From the IMG/VR virus record IMGVR_UViG_3300032294_002877, positions 96,001-160,000 of that record: 64,000 bases of DNA. The stretch is one strand, 5' to 3'. Below the pieces are notes generated by a model. It worked only from the letters and a program-made list of their open reading frames with translations. It was not told the origin of the DNA and made no database searches. A program made the position numbers and the translations under genes. Below, piece by piece: positions 1 through 8,839 of the stretch. The number at the start of each line of letters is the position of its first letter. Position 1 is the first letter of the stretch. The stretch comes from a virus.

Positions 1-8
1 GCAAAAAT

Positions 9-227
9 ATGGCAACTAAAGCCGAAGTTCTTTCTATGATAGAGACTCAATCTCCATATGTTCATGATCGTCAATTTATTATGGAAAGACTCAATAGTGG
101 AAAAGAAAGCCAAGCCGCTTTTGCAATGGCTTTGCAAAGAAATACAGAAGTAATGAATGAGCTAAAAATTCAAATAGCAACCCTTGGTAAAACATTAGAA
201 GCGCTTGAAGATAGAATAGAAAGATAA
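9..227 (+). CDS. Hypothetical coiled-coil protein
   Basis: 72-aa ORF with a heptad-like C-terminus (MNELKIQIATLGKTLEALEDRIER). Confidence 0.6.
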   Translation: MATKAEVLSMIETQSPYVHDRQFIMERLNSGKESQAAFAMALQRNTEVMNELKIQIATLGKTLEALEDRIER

Positions 228-276
228 TATGGTGTATTTTCCTAATGAGCTTTAAACTACATATCGGAGCCATACA

Positions 277-498
277 ATGCCAAGACCATTTACAGATATT
301 GCCTTAATTAAAAACGATCAACCTATTAAAAATCAAACAACAGTTTGCACAACCTCAAATACTGGAGCATATCAAACCTACGACAGATATGTTAGAAACA
401 CACCAGATATCACAGAAATATCAGCTAAATACGGATATAGATTCTATAATGGACTATTAGTTCGTTTAGCTGACGATCAAATAGTAGTAGGTGGTTGA
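277..498 (+). CDS. Hypothetical protein
   Basis: 73-aa ORF preceded by GGAG. Confidence 0.55.
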   Translation: MPRPFTDIALIKNDQPIKNQTTVCTTSNTGAYQTYDRYVRNTPDITEISAKYGYRFYNGLLVRLADDQIVVGG

Positions 499-500
499 CA

Positions 501-863
501 ATGCCAATCAAACCCGGCTATAGAACCAGCGAATTCTGGTTTACACTAGTTAGCTTTATTTTTAGTGGGCTCTATTTAACTGGAGTACTAAACGACACAG
601 CACAAAAGGATGAACTAATATCATCTGTTTCTCATGCTGTTGAAAGTGTTATTTTAATTAGTGGACAAGCTGCTATTCTGTATAGATATATTAAGGGAAG
701 GAACGAAGTCAAAAAAATAGTTGAAACTGAGATATTAGAACAAGTTAAAGAGGAGACCAGCAATGACGATAACATCAAAAGAGTTAATACTCGAACAAGC
801 CGAAAAAACAACGGCTCAAATAAAAGAGTCAGTAAAAAATCTAAAAAAAATAGCACTAAGTGA
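501..863 (+). CDS. Holin-like small membrane protein
   Basis: Starts MPIKPGYRTSEFWFTLVSFIFSGL, a PGY-x-TSEFW start I recognise from small phage membrane proteins. Two hydrophobic segments and a highly basic C-terminal tail. ATG at 501 preferred over 495. Confidence 0.5.
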   Translation: MPIKPGYRTSEFWFTLVSFIFSGLYLTGVLNDTAQKDELISSVSHAVESVILISGQAAILYRYIKGRNEVKKIVETEILEQVKEETSNDDNIKRVNTRTSRKNNGSNKRVSKKSKKNSTK

Positions 864-1152
864 AGCTTGGAAAATTTTACAGCTTGTAGTAGCTGGTGTT
901 GTACAAGTAATAGAAGCTATAGCTACTGATTTAGATGGTAAAGATAAAAAAGCTATCGCTCTAGAATTTATAGAAAGATTTTATGATACTACGTTCATTA
1001 TGGTTGATATTCCCTTTGTTCCTAGTATCGTTGAACCTATTATACATAGGTATATTAAAAGTATTCTGATGGTTATGGTTTCATCCTCAATAGATGCTAC
1101 CGTAACAATTTTCAGACAAACTGGGGTTTTTCTCAAGAAAGGTACGGTATAA
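763..1152 (+). CDS. Hypothetical protein
   Basis: 129-aa ORF with a strong GAGGAG Shine-Dalgarno upstream of ATG 763. Overlaps the previous gene by 101 nt. Confidence 0.7.
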   Translation: MTITSKELILEQAEKTTAQIKESVKNLKKIALSEAWKILQLVVAGVVQVIEAIATDLDGKDKKAIALEFIERFYDTTFIMVDIPFVPSIVEPIIHRYIKSILMVMVSSSIDATVTIFRQTGVFLKKGTV

Positions 1153-1156
1153 GAAT

Positions 1157-1513
1157 ATGTTAGACTATGCACAAAAATTTGAGGATTTTGCAGGAGCTGT
1201 CAGGCCAATGGATTTGGCGCTATATGCTGGTGTTGGTTTAATTCTATTTGTTTTATTTAAGGATAAACTATCACCAGTTCAGACGATGATATTACAGGTT
1301 ATCAATAAAGCAAAGGCTCTTCTTGGCGGTGTTGTACCAAAAACATCTGCTGCTGTTAAGGCCAATGATGATGTGTTTTTTCAATTAGTAACATCGTGGA
1401 AGCAAACACGAGACTTAGCTGAAAAAAGCGGTTGTGTAGAAGCAGTTAAAGTTGCTGATCAAATGTTTCCTTTATTAAGTCCAAATACGTGCGGAAAGGT
1501 ATCAAATGAATAA
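1157..1513 (+). CDS. Hypothetical membrane-anchored protein
   Basis: Hydrophobic segment LALYAGVGLILFVLF. Confidence 0.7.
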   Translation: MLDYAQKFEDFAGAVRPMDLALYAGVGLILFVLFKDKLSPVQTMILQVINKAKALLGGVVPKTSAAVKANDDVFFQLVTSWKQTRDLAEKSGCVEAVKVADQMFPLLSPNTCGKVSNE

Positions 1514-2006
1514 TAAAAAATCTTTATTATTAGTTCTAGGACTTGTTCTTGTTGGTGTTGGATTTTTTGGTTCTAGAATGGAACGACCAGTAATTAATAA
1601 ACCGAATGTGGTAGATACTATTGTTGTCATTACTCCACCAGCAGATAAAGCGCTACTGGAAGCCTGCTCAGGAGTAGTAGAAGCTCTCAAACAAGGAGAT
1701 GCTTCAAGGGTTGCTGACGGACGAAGATTATCTTCTTTATACATGGATCTTGCCACTCTTGTCGAATTAGATAGAGATCAGGAAGTTATTAAAAATACAG
1801 AAGAAATTCGTCAAGCTAATAGTCTTAGTGGAGTTATGTTAAAAATGAATATCAAAGATAAATATTCAGGATTAGCAGAAGCTGCCAATAATGTTATGGT
1901 TACTGGGATTGGAGATGATGCTGTTCCTTTAGATGAAACGCTAAGAGCAAAGGCTGCTGAAACTTTTAGAGCATTAGCATGGGCTTGTAATGAAGGAGCC
2001 AAATAA
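1506..2006 (+). CDS. Hypothetical exported or membrane-anchored helical protein
   Basis: N-terminal KKSLLLVLGLVLVGVGFF signal or anchor. Its stop overlaps the start of the peptidase gene. Confidence 0.7.
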   Translation: MNNKKSLLLVLGLVLVGVGFFGSRMERPVINKPNVVDTIVVITPPADKALLEACSGVVEALKQGDASRVADGRRLSSLYMDLATLVELDRDQEVIKNTEEIRQANSLSGVMLKMNIKDKYSGLAEAANNVMVTGIGDDAVPLDETLRAKAAETFRALAWACNEGAK

Positions 2007-2932
2007 TGGCAAGATTATCTCCAGATGACTTATATAACGAATATAAAAAAGGACTACAAGGATGTCTTTGGGAGCAACACGTATTTGACGAATTATTAGA
2101 AAGCAGCAAATACGCTTACTTTGCTGATGGGGCACAAAAAATAAAAAACAGCGGCAAAGGGAAATTAAGTACTCCATACAAAAGCGTATTAAAATTTGAT
2201 AAGAATCCATATAATGAGAGACAAACTACCGGAGACTGTGTTAGTCATTCTACAAGAAACGCGGTGGATGTAAGCAGAGCGGTAGAAATTGATATCAATA
2301 GAGATAAAGAATCCTGGATAGCAAGAGGCGCAACAGAGGCTATTTATGGTGCCAGGGGTCATGGTGGACAAGGAATGAGTTGTTCAAGAGCTGCTACCTT
2401 TGTTAGTCAAAGTGGTGGTGTTCTTGTTAGAAAAGTATATAAAGGTATTGCTGATTTTACCAAATACAATGGTTCTCTAGGTGCCGGCTGGGGCAGCAGA
2501 GGATTACCTGATCCTGTAATAGATATAGCTAATGATCATCAAATACGAACAGTTAGTCTTGTTAGAACAGTAGAAGAAGCCAGAGATGCTTTAGCTAATG
2601 GTTATGGAATATCGGTATGTTCTAATTATGGTTTTAGTAATAAACGAGATAGCAAGGGATTTGCAAGAGTAAGCGGTAATTGGGCGCATGCGATGGCTTG
2701 GATAGCGTGTGATGATACTGGTGATGAACCAGCATTTTTGGTGCAAAATAGTTGGGGTAAATGGAATGATGGAGGCCATCCCGAATGGGGTCCTATTCCA
2801 GATGGCAGCTTTTTGATCAAAGCAGAAGTTGCTGCTGGCATGCTATCCGGAAATGGTTCGTATGCTTTTAGCAATTTTGACGGTTTTCCTGTACAAAAAC
2901 TTCCAGACTATGGGTTTAAAAAATACCTATGA
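2006..2932 (+). CDS. Papain-like (C1 family) cysteine peptidase
   Basis: QTTGDCVSH (oxyanion Gln and catalytic Cys), WAHAM (His), FLVQNSWG (Asn). Confidence 0.88.
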   Translation: MARLSPDDLYNEYKKGLQGCLWEQHVFDELLESSKYAYFADGAQKIKNSGKGKLSTPYKSVLKFDKNPYNERQTTGDCVSHSTRNAVDVSRAVEIDINRDKESWIARGATEAIYGARGHGGQGMSCSRAATFVSQSGGVLVRKVYKGIADFTKYNGSLGAGWGSRGLPDPVIDIANDHQIRTVSLVRTVEEARDALANGYGISVCSNYGFSNKRDSKGFARVSGNWAHAMAWIACDDTGDEPAFLVQNSWGKWNDGGHPEWGPIPDGSFLIKAEVAAGMLSGNGSYAFSNFDGFPVQKLPDYGFKKYL

Positions 2933-3081
2933 AACTAATAGATAAAATAGCGCTTAACAGATTGCTCAGTATTATTAGTTCTTTTATACTAAGTTTAGTC
3001 AAGATTTTTGCGAATCGGCCTGATACGCAACCAAAACCTAAACGTAAAAGAATATTACCGTGGAGATCAGATCATGAATAA
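2929..3081 (+). CDS. Small amphipathic, basic peptide (50 aa; not in the ORF track)
   Basis: Translated by hand: MKLIDKIALNRLLSIISSFILSLVKIFANRPDTQPKPKRKRILPWRSDHE*. ATGA overlap with the peptidase stop and overlap with the next start; fills the gap exactly. Confidence 0.65.
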   Translation: MKLIDKIALNRLLSIISSFILSLVKIFANRPDTQPKPKRKRILPWRSDHE

Positions 3082-3388
3082 ATTATTATGTTTATGTTTA
3101 TTCGGGGCTGTACTATTAAACAGCACTAGTCAGTCGTATACCGGATCCACCACAGCCTCCGTGGTACTGTCGGGTGGTATAGTAGCGGCCCAACACGTTA
3201 ATAATGAAAAGAAATATAAAAGAAAAGATTGTCCTGTATGCAAAGGTAAAGGGTGGTATATTAGTGGTGATAATATCACAAAAGTGCCTTGCGGATATTG
3301 TGAACCCGATAAACAGCAACCACAAACAGCAACAGCGGATCCAAATTGCACAGATGATAAATGTAAAACTATAATTATTAGGAGATGA
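3074..3388 (+). CDS. Exported protein with a DnaJ-like CxxCxGxG zinc-binding motif
   Basis: Signal-like MNKLLCLCLFGAVLL; CPVCKGKG...CGYC...CTDDKC. ATG 3074 preferred over the track start 3008. Confidence 0.65.
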   Translation: MNKLLCLCLFGAVLLNSTSQSYTGSTTASVVLSGGIVAAQHVNNEKKYKRKDCPVCKGKGWYISGDNITKVPCGYCEPDKQQPQTATADPNCTDDKCKTIIIRR

Positions 3389-4257
3389 TCATGAAATACG
3401 GTTTATGGATAATAGTATTTTTCTTCTGCATGTTCTCATCGAAAGGCATGGCTGCCGAAGTTAGTGAATATCTCCAAGATATTAGTGTTACGATTAAAAC
3501 AACTAAAGGAGAAGGTAGTGGTGTTGTTTTTACGAGAGAAATCAAGACAGAAGATGGGAATAAAAAAATTAATTTTGTTTGGACGGCTGCTCATGTCTTG
3601 GAGAGTATACGTAATGTTAAAACCGTATTAGATACCGATGGTCATCTAAAAAAAGTAGTAGAATTTCAAGATGCAGAAGTTATAAAAAAGTTAGTTGAAA
3701 ATGGTAGAACGGTTGGTCAATTGGCTATGGATGCTAAAGTTATCAAATATAGCGATGCTAAAGACGGAGAAGATCTAGCTTTACTAATGATTCGTAAGTT
3801 TGACTTTATACAATCATCAGCCAAATTTTTAGAAGACAAAGATAACAAAGGAGTAGCATTAGGAACACAATTATACCATGTAGGATCATTACTCGGATCA
3901 GAAGGAAGTAATAGCATGACTACAGGCATAATGAGCCAAGTTGGCCGAACAATAAGTTTAAATGGAGGAGCAAAGGTATTATTTGATCAAACCACTGTCA
4001 CAGCATTTCCTGGGAGTAGTGGAGGTGGTGTATTTCTAACCAGCGGAGAATATGTTGGTATGCTGGTTCGTGGTGCTGGAGAGACCTTTAATCTGATTGT
4101 TCCCATGAGAAGAATCAGCAAATGGTCTAAAGCAGAAAAAATTGATTGGGCATTAAACCAATCAGTAGATGCTCCAACACTAGAAGAAATTGAAAAATTA
4201 CCGGTAGAAAAGTTAGGCAAGATAGAAACTCCATCAACAGGTTTAATCATCCCATGA
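3385..4257 (+). CDS. Trypsin-like (S1) serine protease with signal peptide
   Basis: VWTAAHV (His), DLALL (Asp), PGSSGGGVF (Ser); hydrophobic N-terminus. Confidence 0.9.
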   Translation: MIMKYGLWIIVFFFCMFSSKGMAAEVSEYLQDISVTIKTTKGEGSGVVFTREIKTEDGNKKINFVWTAAHVLESIRNVKTVLDTDGHLKKVVEFQDAEVIKKLVENGRTVGQLAMDAKVIKYSDAKDGEDLALLMIRKFDFIQSSAKFLEDKDNKGVALGTQLYHVGSLLGSEGSNSMTTGIMSQVGRTISLNGGAKVLFDQTTVTAFPGSSGGGVFLTSGEYVGMLVRGAGETFNLIVPMRRISKWSKAEKIDWALNQSVDAPTLEEIEKLPVEKLGKIETPSTGLIIP

Positions 4258-4658
4258 GCATAAAAAAAGAAGGTAGCGAAAAATTAAAATCTATAGCTCA
4301 AAAAGTTATTAATAATGCTGGTCTTCAAGAAGATAGTAATTTTGGTAGTGTTATAATAATATTAACAATTATTAGTATAATACTAACAGCAATAAGAGTT
4401 CTACAAGAATGTAATAAAAATAAACTTATTGGAGCATCCAGCGAACAGAAATGTGAATTATACGGATCTCAGATAAAAGAATTTAGTTCTCGTAGAGGAT
4501 GGTTTACCAGAATGAGAATCAAAAAGATTATCAGAAGAGAACTTAAAAAAGAAGATTATGAGAAATATGGTTTAAAATTAACAGAAGCTATTCTGAATAT
4601 AGGAGAAACTCTCAAGGATGATGAAATTAAAACTTTAGTGGAGGCAGCAAATGTTTAA
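4254..4658 (+). CDS. Hypothetical membrane protein
   Basis: One TM segment, VIIILTIISIILTAI. Confidence 0.7.
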   Translation: MSIKKEGSEKLKSIAQKVINNAGLQEDSNFGSVIIILTIISIILTAIRVLQECNKNKLIGASSEQKCELYGSQIKEFSSRRGWFTRMRIKKIIRRELKKEDYEKYGLKLTEAILNIGETLKDDEIKTLVEAANV

Positions 4659-4899
4659 TATTTTAGTATGGTGTGTTTATGGATTATTTGTTGGATCAAT
4701 AGCCAAAAGCATAGTACCGGGTGAAGAAAACTTCAATTTTGTAAAAACCGTAGCGTTAGGTGTGGCTGGCTCATATATGGGAGGTGCCATATTATATCTA
4801 TTAGGGCAGTATGATGGTCTCAGTCCCGCCGGTATACTAATGGGCATAGCAGGTGCTGTGATCAGCCTTGTACTCTATAATAAACTTACAGAAAAATAA
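4651..4899 (+). CDS. GlsB/YeaQ/YmgE (transglycosylase-associated) small membrane protein
   Basis: GLFVGSIAKSIVPG...TVALGVAGSYMGG...GIAGAVI matches the family pattern of three Gly-rich TM helices. Confidence 0.82.
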   Translation: MFNILVWCVYGLFVGSIAKSIVPGEENFNFVKTVALGVAGSYMGGAILYLLGQYDGLSPAGILMGIAGAVISLVLYNKLTEK

Positions 4900-5806
4900 A
4901 ATAGCAGTATGTTTATATCTATATCATACTGACTTATGGCAAGAGTTTAAACGTCTACTGTTCCCTATTAGGGACGATATAACTTTATATTTGGCCTTAT
5001 CTAAAGAGCACCAATTTCCTGAATTGGAGACTAATGAATTTAGTTGTAAAATCAGCTATCACGATAATTATGGTGCGGATGTAGCGCCATTTTTACATCA
5101 ATTATCTGTTATTGATGAACCATATTTTGTTAAATTGCATTCTAAGAAAAGCTTTTGGGGGTTTAAATTCCATATAAATTGGAGGCATCTAATATTAAAC
5201 GATCTATTGGGATCTATAGAAATTTTTCAATCCAATATAGAATCGCTTAATAGCCCTAGAATAGGAGCAATATGCGGTAAGCCATTACTCATGAAAAACA
5301 GAGAATTGAAAAATAGAGAGAAAATTAAAGAACTATGTAGTCTGATCAATATGGATTATAATATTGTTAAGAATTCCTATTTTATGGCCGGAAATATGTT
5401 TATTGGAAAAACTGATTTGTATAGACAGACATTTATTTCTTATATGGCGCAGTTGGACGAGATATTGCAGCAAGAGCAGGGTAAGATCAGTGATACTTTT
5501 TATGGAACATATACCCATTCAATCGAAAGATTATTCGGATATATCATAGAATATAATAAATTAAATTTTGCTAATCCCAAACATAAATACATTAAAATTT
5601 TAAATACAAAAGCACCAAATAAAAAATATTTTCATATGATTACAACGTTCGATAACCACTGTTATTTACTTGAAGACGCTAATGTTTATGGTAAGATTAT
5701 TGACATAAATAGCGATACCTCCTTGATTGAATGGACCCATATGAATACTATAGTAGGTCAACGGTATAAAATAATTTCTCCAGAATATATAACCAAAATA
5801 CAATGA
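4868..5806 (+). CDS. Rhamnan synthesis protein F (RgpF)-like
   Basis: YLYHTDLW, NYGADVAPF, KLHSKKS, W-R-x-x-I-L, FMAGNMF, HSIERLFG. Start uncertain (TTG). Confidence 0.75.
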   Translation: MYSIINLQKNKIAVCLYLYHTDLWQEFKRLLFPIRDDITLYLALSKEHQFPELETNEFSCKISYHDNYGADVAPFLHQLSVIDEPYFVKLHSKKSFWGFKFHINWRHLILNDLLGSIEIFQSNIESLNSPRIGAICGKPLLMKNRELKNREKIKELCSLINMDYNIVKNSYFMAGNMFIGKTDLYRQTFISYMAQLDEILQQEQGKISDTFYGTYTHSIERLFGYIIEYNKLNFANPKHKYIKILNTKAPNKKYFHMITTFDNHCYLLEDANVYGKIIDINSDTSLIEWTHMNTIVGQRYKIISPEYITKIQ

Positions 5807-6786
5807 AAAAAATACTTGTAACAGGCGCTGCCGGATTTCTAGGATCCCATCTAATAGAAGAAATCCTTATCAATACAGATTGGGAAATCATTGCTTTATG
5901 TAGACTAACATTTGTTGGAGACCTAACCAGAATAGTTAATAGTTTGCATGTTAATCAACATAAAGATAGAATTAAATTGGTATATCATGATTTACGCTTT
6001 GAGATTCCTCCTCATACCAAAGAAGAGATCGGAGAGGTTGATTATATCGCACATGTGGCAGCAAATAGCCATGTTGACAGATCAATACAATATCCAAAGC
6101 AGTTTTTTGAAGATAATGTTATGGGAACAGTTAATTTATTAGAATGGTACAGATCCTGCTCTCCAAAAGCATTATTTATAAACTATCTTACAGATGAAGT
6201 TTTTGGACCGGCGCCAGAAAACTACGACTTTAAGGAAGACGATAGATGGAGACCAAGTAATCCGTACAGCGCAAGCAAGTGTGGTCAAGGAGCTGCTGGT
6301 ATAAGTTATTATAATACCTATCGTTTACCCATAATAACAACATATACGATGAATCTCTTTGGAGAAAGACAACATCCAGAAAAATTAGTAGCAAAAAGCA
6401 TATCTAATATTTTACATAATAAGGTTATCAAGATACATGCAAAACTAGATGAGTCTGGGAACGTTGAATATGTTGGACAAAGACACTGGCTACACGCCAG
6501 AAATGCTGCTAGCGCTACACTATTCCTATTCAATTATGGAAAACCAGGCGAACACTATAATGTTGTTGGAGACGTAGAATTACACAACGACGATCTGGTT
6601 AAAAAAATAGCATCATTGATGAACAAAGAAGCCAGAATAGAGTATGTTGATTTTAGTCACGCTAGACCAGGACACGATAGGAGATATAGTTTAGATGGCT
6701 CCAGACTGAAAGACATGGGATGGAAACCTCCTGTAGATTTTAATACGTCTCTTCAACGAACCATTAATTGGATAGTAAGTCAATAA
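5803..6786 (+). CDS. rmlB: dTDP-glucose 4,6-dehydratase
   Basis: GAAGFLG, AANSHVDRSI, TDEVFG, PSNPYSASK (YxxxK), RPGHDRRYSLD. Confidence 0.9.
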   Translation: MKKILVTGAAGFLGSHLIEEILINTDWEIIALCRLTFVGDLTRIVNSLHVNQHKDRIKLVYHDLRFEIPPHTKEEIGEVDYIAHVAANSHVDRSIQYPKQFFEDNVMGTVNLLEWYRSCSPKALFINYLTDEVFGPAPENYDFKEDDRWRPSNPYSASKCGQGAAGISYYNTYRLPIITTYTMNLFGERQHPEKLVAKSISNILHNKVIKIHAKLDESGNVEYVGQRHWLHARNAASATLFLFNYGKPGEHYNVVGDVELHNDDLVKKIASLMNKEARIEYVDFSHARPGHDRRYSLDGSRLKDMGWKPPVDFNTSLQRTINWIVSQ

Positions 6787-6788
6787 AT

Positions 6789-7121
6789 ATGAATAATCAG
6801 AATAAAAAATTAAAGCCATGGGAAATTATTGCTTTACAGGGAATGGAGCTAGCATTTGATAGTAAAGGCTCTGTACTTAAGGACTTGAGTAATGACAATA
6901 AACAAAAGGCTATAGAATTGTTATATCGTAGTATAGAGTTAAAAGCGGACTTGTGTTGGCCATATATTAAACTTGCGGATCTAATAGATAACCATAAAGA
7001 AAAAATAAAACTATATTTTAAAGCCTATCTGATTGAAGATAATATCTTTTCTATTAAGTTTCTATTTAAGCAAATACTACAAGATCATCCGCATATTCTA
7101 GATAACTATCTATTATCATGA
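6789..7121 (+). CDS. Hypothetical helical (TPR-like) protein
   Basis: AIELLYRSIEL...WPYIKLADL resembles a TPR helix pair. ATG 6789 preferred. Confidence 0.5.
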   Translation: MNNQNKKLKPWEIIALQGMELAFDSKGSVLKDLSNDNKQKAIELLYRSIELKADLCWPYIKLADLIDNHKEKIKLYFKAYLIEDNIFSIKFLFKQILQDHPHILDNYLLS

Positions 7122-7822
7122 ATATAGCAATTTGTTTTTTTGGACAAGTTAAAAATTTTTCGGTTGATTTATACAACAATTATATTAGCAATATTTATGA
7201 TAAAGTACAAGTTTTTTCTCATGATTATTTTTTAATAACATGGAATAATAAGCATATAGATAACCCAAGAAACCGAGAGAACATCGATATAGACTATACT
7301 TCTATCTTGCCATTTTTCAACTTTGTAAAGACTAATATTTTGGATATAGATTCTGATTGCACTAAAACGATAGACGCATATAGTGATTTGTTAGTATCCA
7401 AATATGGAGGATCATGGGGAGAAAATAGTATTCTTAGCACAAGGTTCGGCTTAAGACAACCGTACTCTCTGCAAATTATGAAACAAGAATTCGAACAGTA
7501 TCCAATAAAATACGATAAGTATATTCTACTAAGACCAGACTTATGGTTCAATAGCCCTCTGCCCACAGACTGTTTAAACAAAAATTATGATCTGTGTATT
7601 CCTGATTTCGATTCTTATGGAGGATATAACGATAGATTTGCCGTAACCTCATACAACGGTATGCTCGCTTATTGTAATAGATATAGAGCTATGTTATCTG
7701 AATCTAAAAAATATCATAGCGAGAATTTCTTAAAAGAATATACAGATAAGCAAAATATTAATATCAAAAAAATAGATAATTTTACATTCCAAAGAGTTCG
7801 ATCAGGCCACAATACACAATGA
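7118..7822 (+). CDS. Putative glycosyltransferase-like protein
   Basis: IAICFFGQ, YDKYILLRPDL and NDRFA motifs recur in viral glycan-cluster proteins; supported by context. Confidence 0.55.
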   Translation: MNIAICFFGQVKNFSVDLYNNYISNIYDKVQVFSHDYFLITWNNKHIDNPRNRENIDIDYTSILPFFNFVKTNILDIDSDCTKTIDAYSDLLVSKYGGSWGENSILSTRFGLRQPYSLQIMKQEFEQYPIKYDKYILLRPDLWFNSPLPTDCLNKNYDLCIPDFDSYGGYNDRFAVTSYNGMLAYCNRYRAMLSESKKYHSENFLKEYTDKQNINIKKIDNFTFQRVRSGHNTQ

Positions 7823-8301
7823 CTATTAATACCACTCATATAAAAGATTGTATCTATACCATACCAAACTTATTTACCGATAATCGTGGTATTTTCTCAG
7901 AAATCTTTAAAAGCTCCAAACTCACAGGATTTATACCAAAACAGTTAAATTACAGCTATTCGCATTTTGGTGTTTTTAGAGGTATACACAGAACACCATA
8001 CGCTAAACTAGTAACGTGTGTTAGTGGAGCTGTATATGATATATGTGTAGATTTAAGAGAAGAAAGTCTAACATATGGCGAATACTTCGGCTTAGAACTC
8101 AATTCTGATAAATTGAATTCTTTATATATACCTCCGTATTGTGGTCATGGATTTTTGGCCTTAAAAAATAGCGTGCTGGTGTATGCTCAAGAAGACGAGT
8201 ATATGCCAGACAAAGACGAGGCCCACTGCTACAAAAATTTTGGTATACAACTACCTTTTGATCCAAAAATAATTTCTCAAAAAGACATCTCTCAGTGCTA
8301 A
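7819..8301 (+). CDS. rmlC: dTDP-4-dehydrorhamnose 3,5-epimerase
   Basis: DNRGIFSE, FRGIH, KLVTCVSGAVYDICVDLR, LYIPPYCGHGF. Confidence 0.9.
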   Translation: MTINTTHIKDCIYTIPNLFTDNRGIFSEIFKSSKLTGFIPKQLNYSYSHFGVFRGIHRTPYAKLVTCVSGAVYDICVDLREESLTYGEYFGLELNSDKLNSLYIPPYCGHGFLALKNSVLVYAQEDEYMPDKDEAHCYKNFGIQLPFDPKIISQKDISQC

Positions 8302-8317
8302 TATAAGGACTAATGAT

Positions 8318-8839
8318 ATGGCCCATAAAGAACAAAAAGATTATCTAATATCAATTAAAGAAAAATTTTTAGATAAATTTAATAACTGTTCTGTCTTAGA
8401 TATAGGATCGTTAGACATTAACGGAAATAATAGATATCTATTCACCGATTATTCCTATATTGGTATAGATATAGGTTCTGGTAAAAACGTAGATGTAGTA
8501 TGCCCAGGACATCTATATAAACCAAATCAAAAATTTGATATAGTTATTAGCACAGAATGTTTTGAGCATGATGAGCATTATCGTGAAACAATAATAAACG
8601 CTATAGATCTTACAAAATCTGGAGGAATGTTTATTTTTTCGTGTGCTACCACAGGCAGACCCGAACACGGAACAAAAAAATCTTCCCCATCATCCAGTCC
8701 TTTTACTAACGAATACTATAAAAATCTAACAGAAACTGACATTCGTGATATTCTAATTATAGAAGATGTATTCTCTATATATGAATTTTCTGTCAATAAT
8801 AAACATAAAGATCTTTATTTCTATGGCATCAAAAAATAA
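8318..8839 (+). CDS. Class I SAM-dependent methyltransferase
   Basis: VLDIGSLDING, YIGIDI, FDIVISTECFEHD, LTKSGG. Confidence 0.88.
   Translation: MAHKEQKDYLISIKEKFLDKFNNCSVLDIGSLDINGNNRYLFTDYSYIGIDIGSGKNVDVVCPGHLYKPNQKFDIVISTECFEHDEHYRETIINAIDLTKSGGMFIFSCATTGRPEHGTKKSSPSSSPFTNEYYKNLTETDIRDILIIEDVFSIYEFSVNNKHKDLYFYGIKK

Noticed and set aside
3008-3073. N-terminal extension of the 126-aa ORF in the track
   Set aside because: This region is better explained by the overlapping 50-aa ORF 2929-3081; ATG 3074 gives a proper signal peptide.
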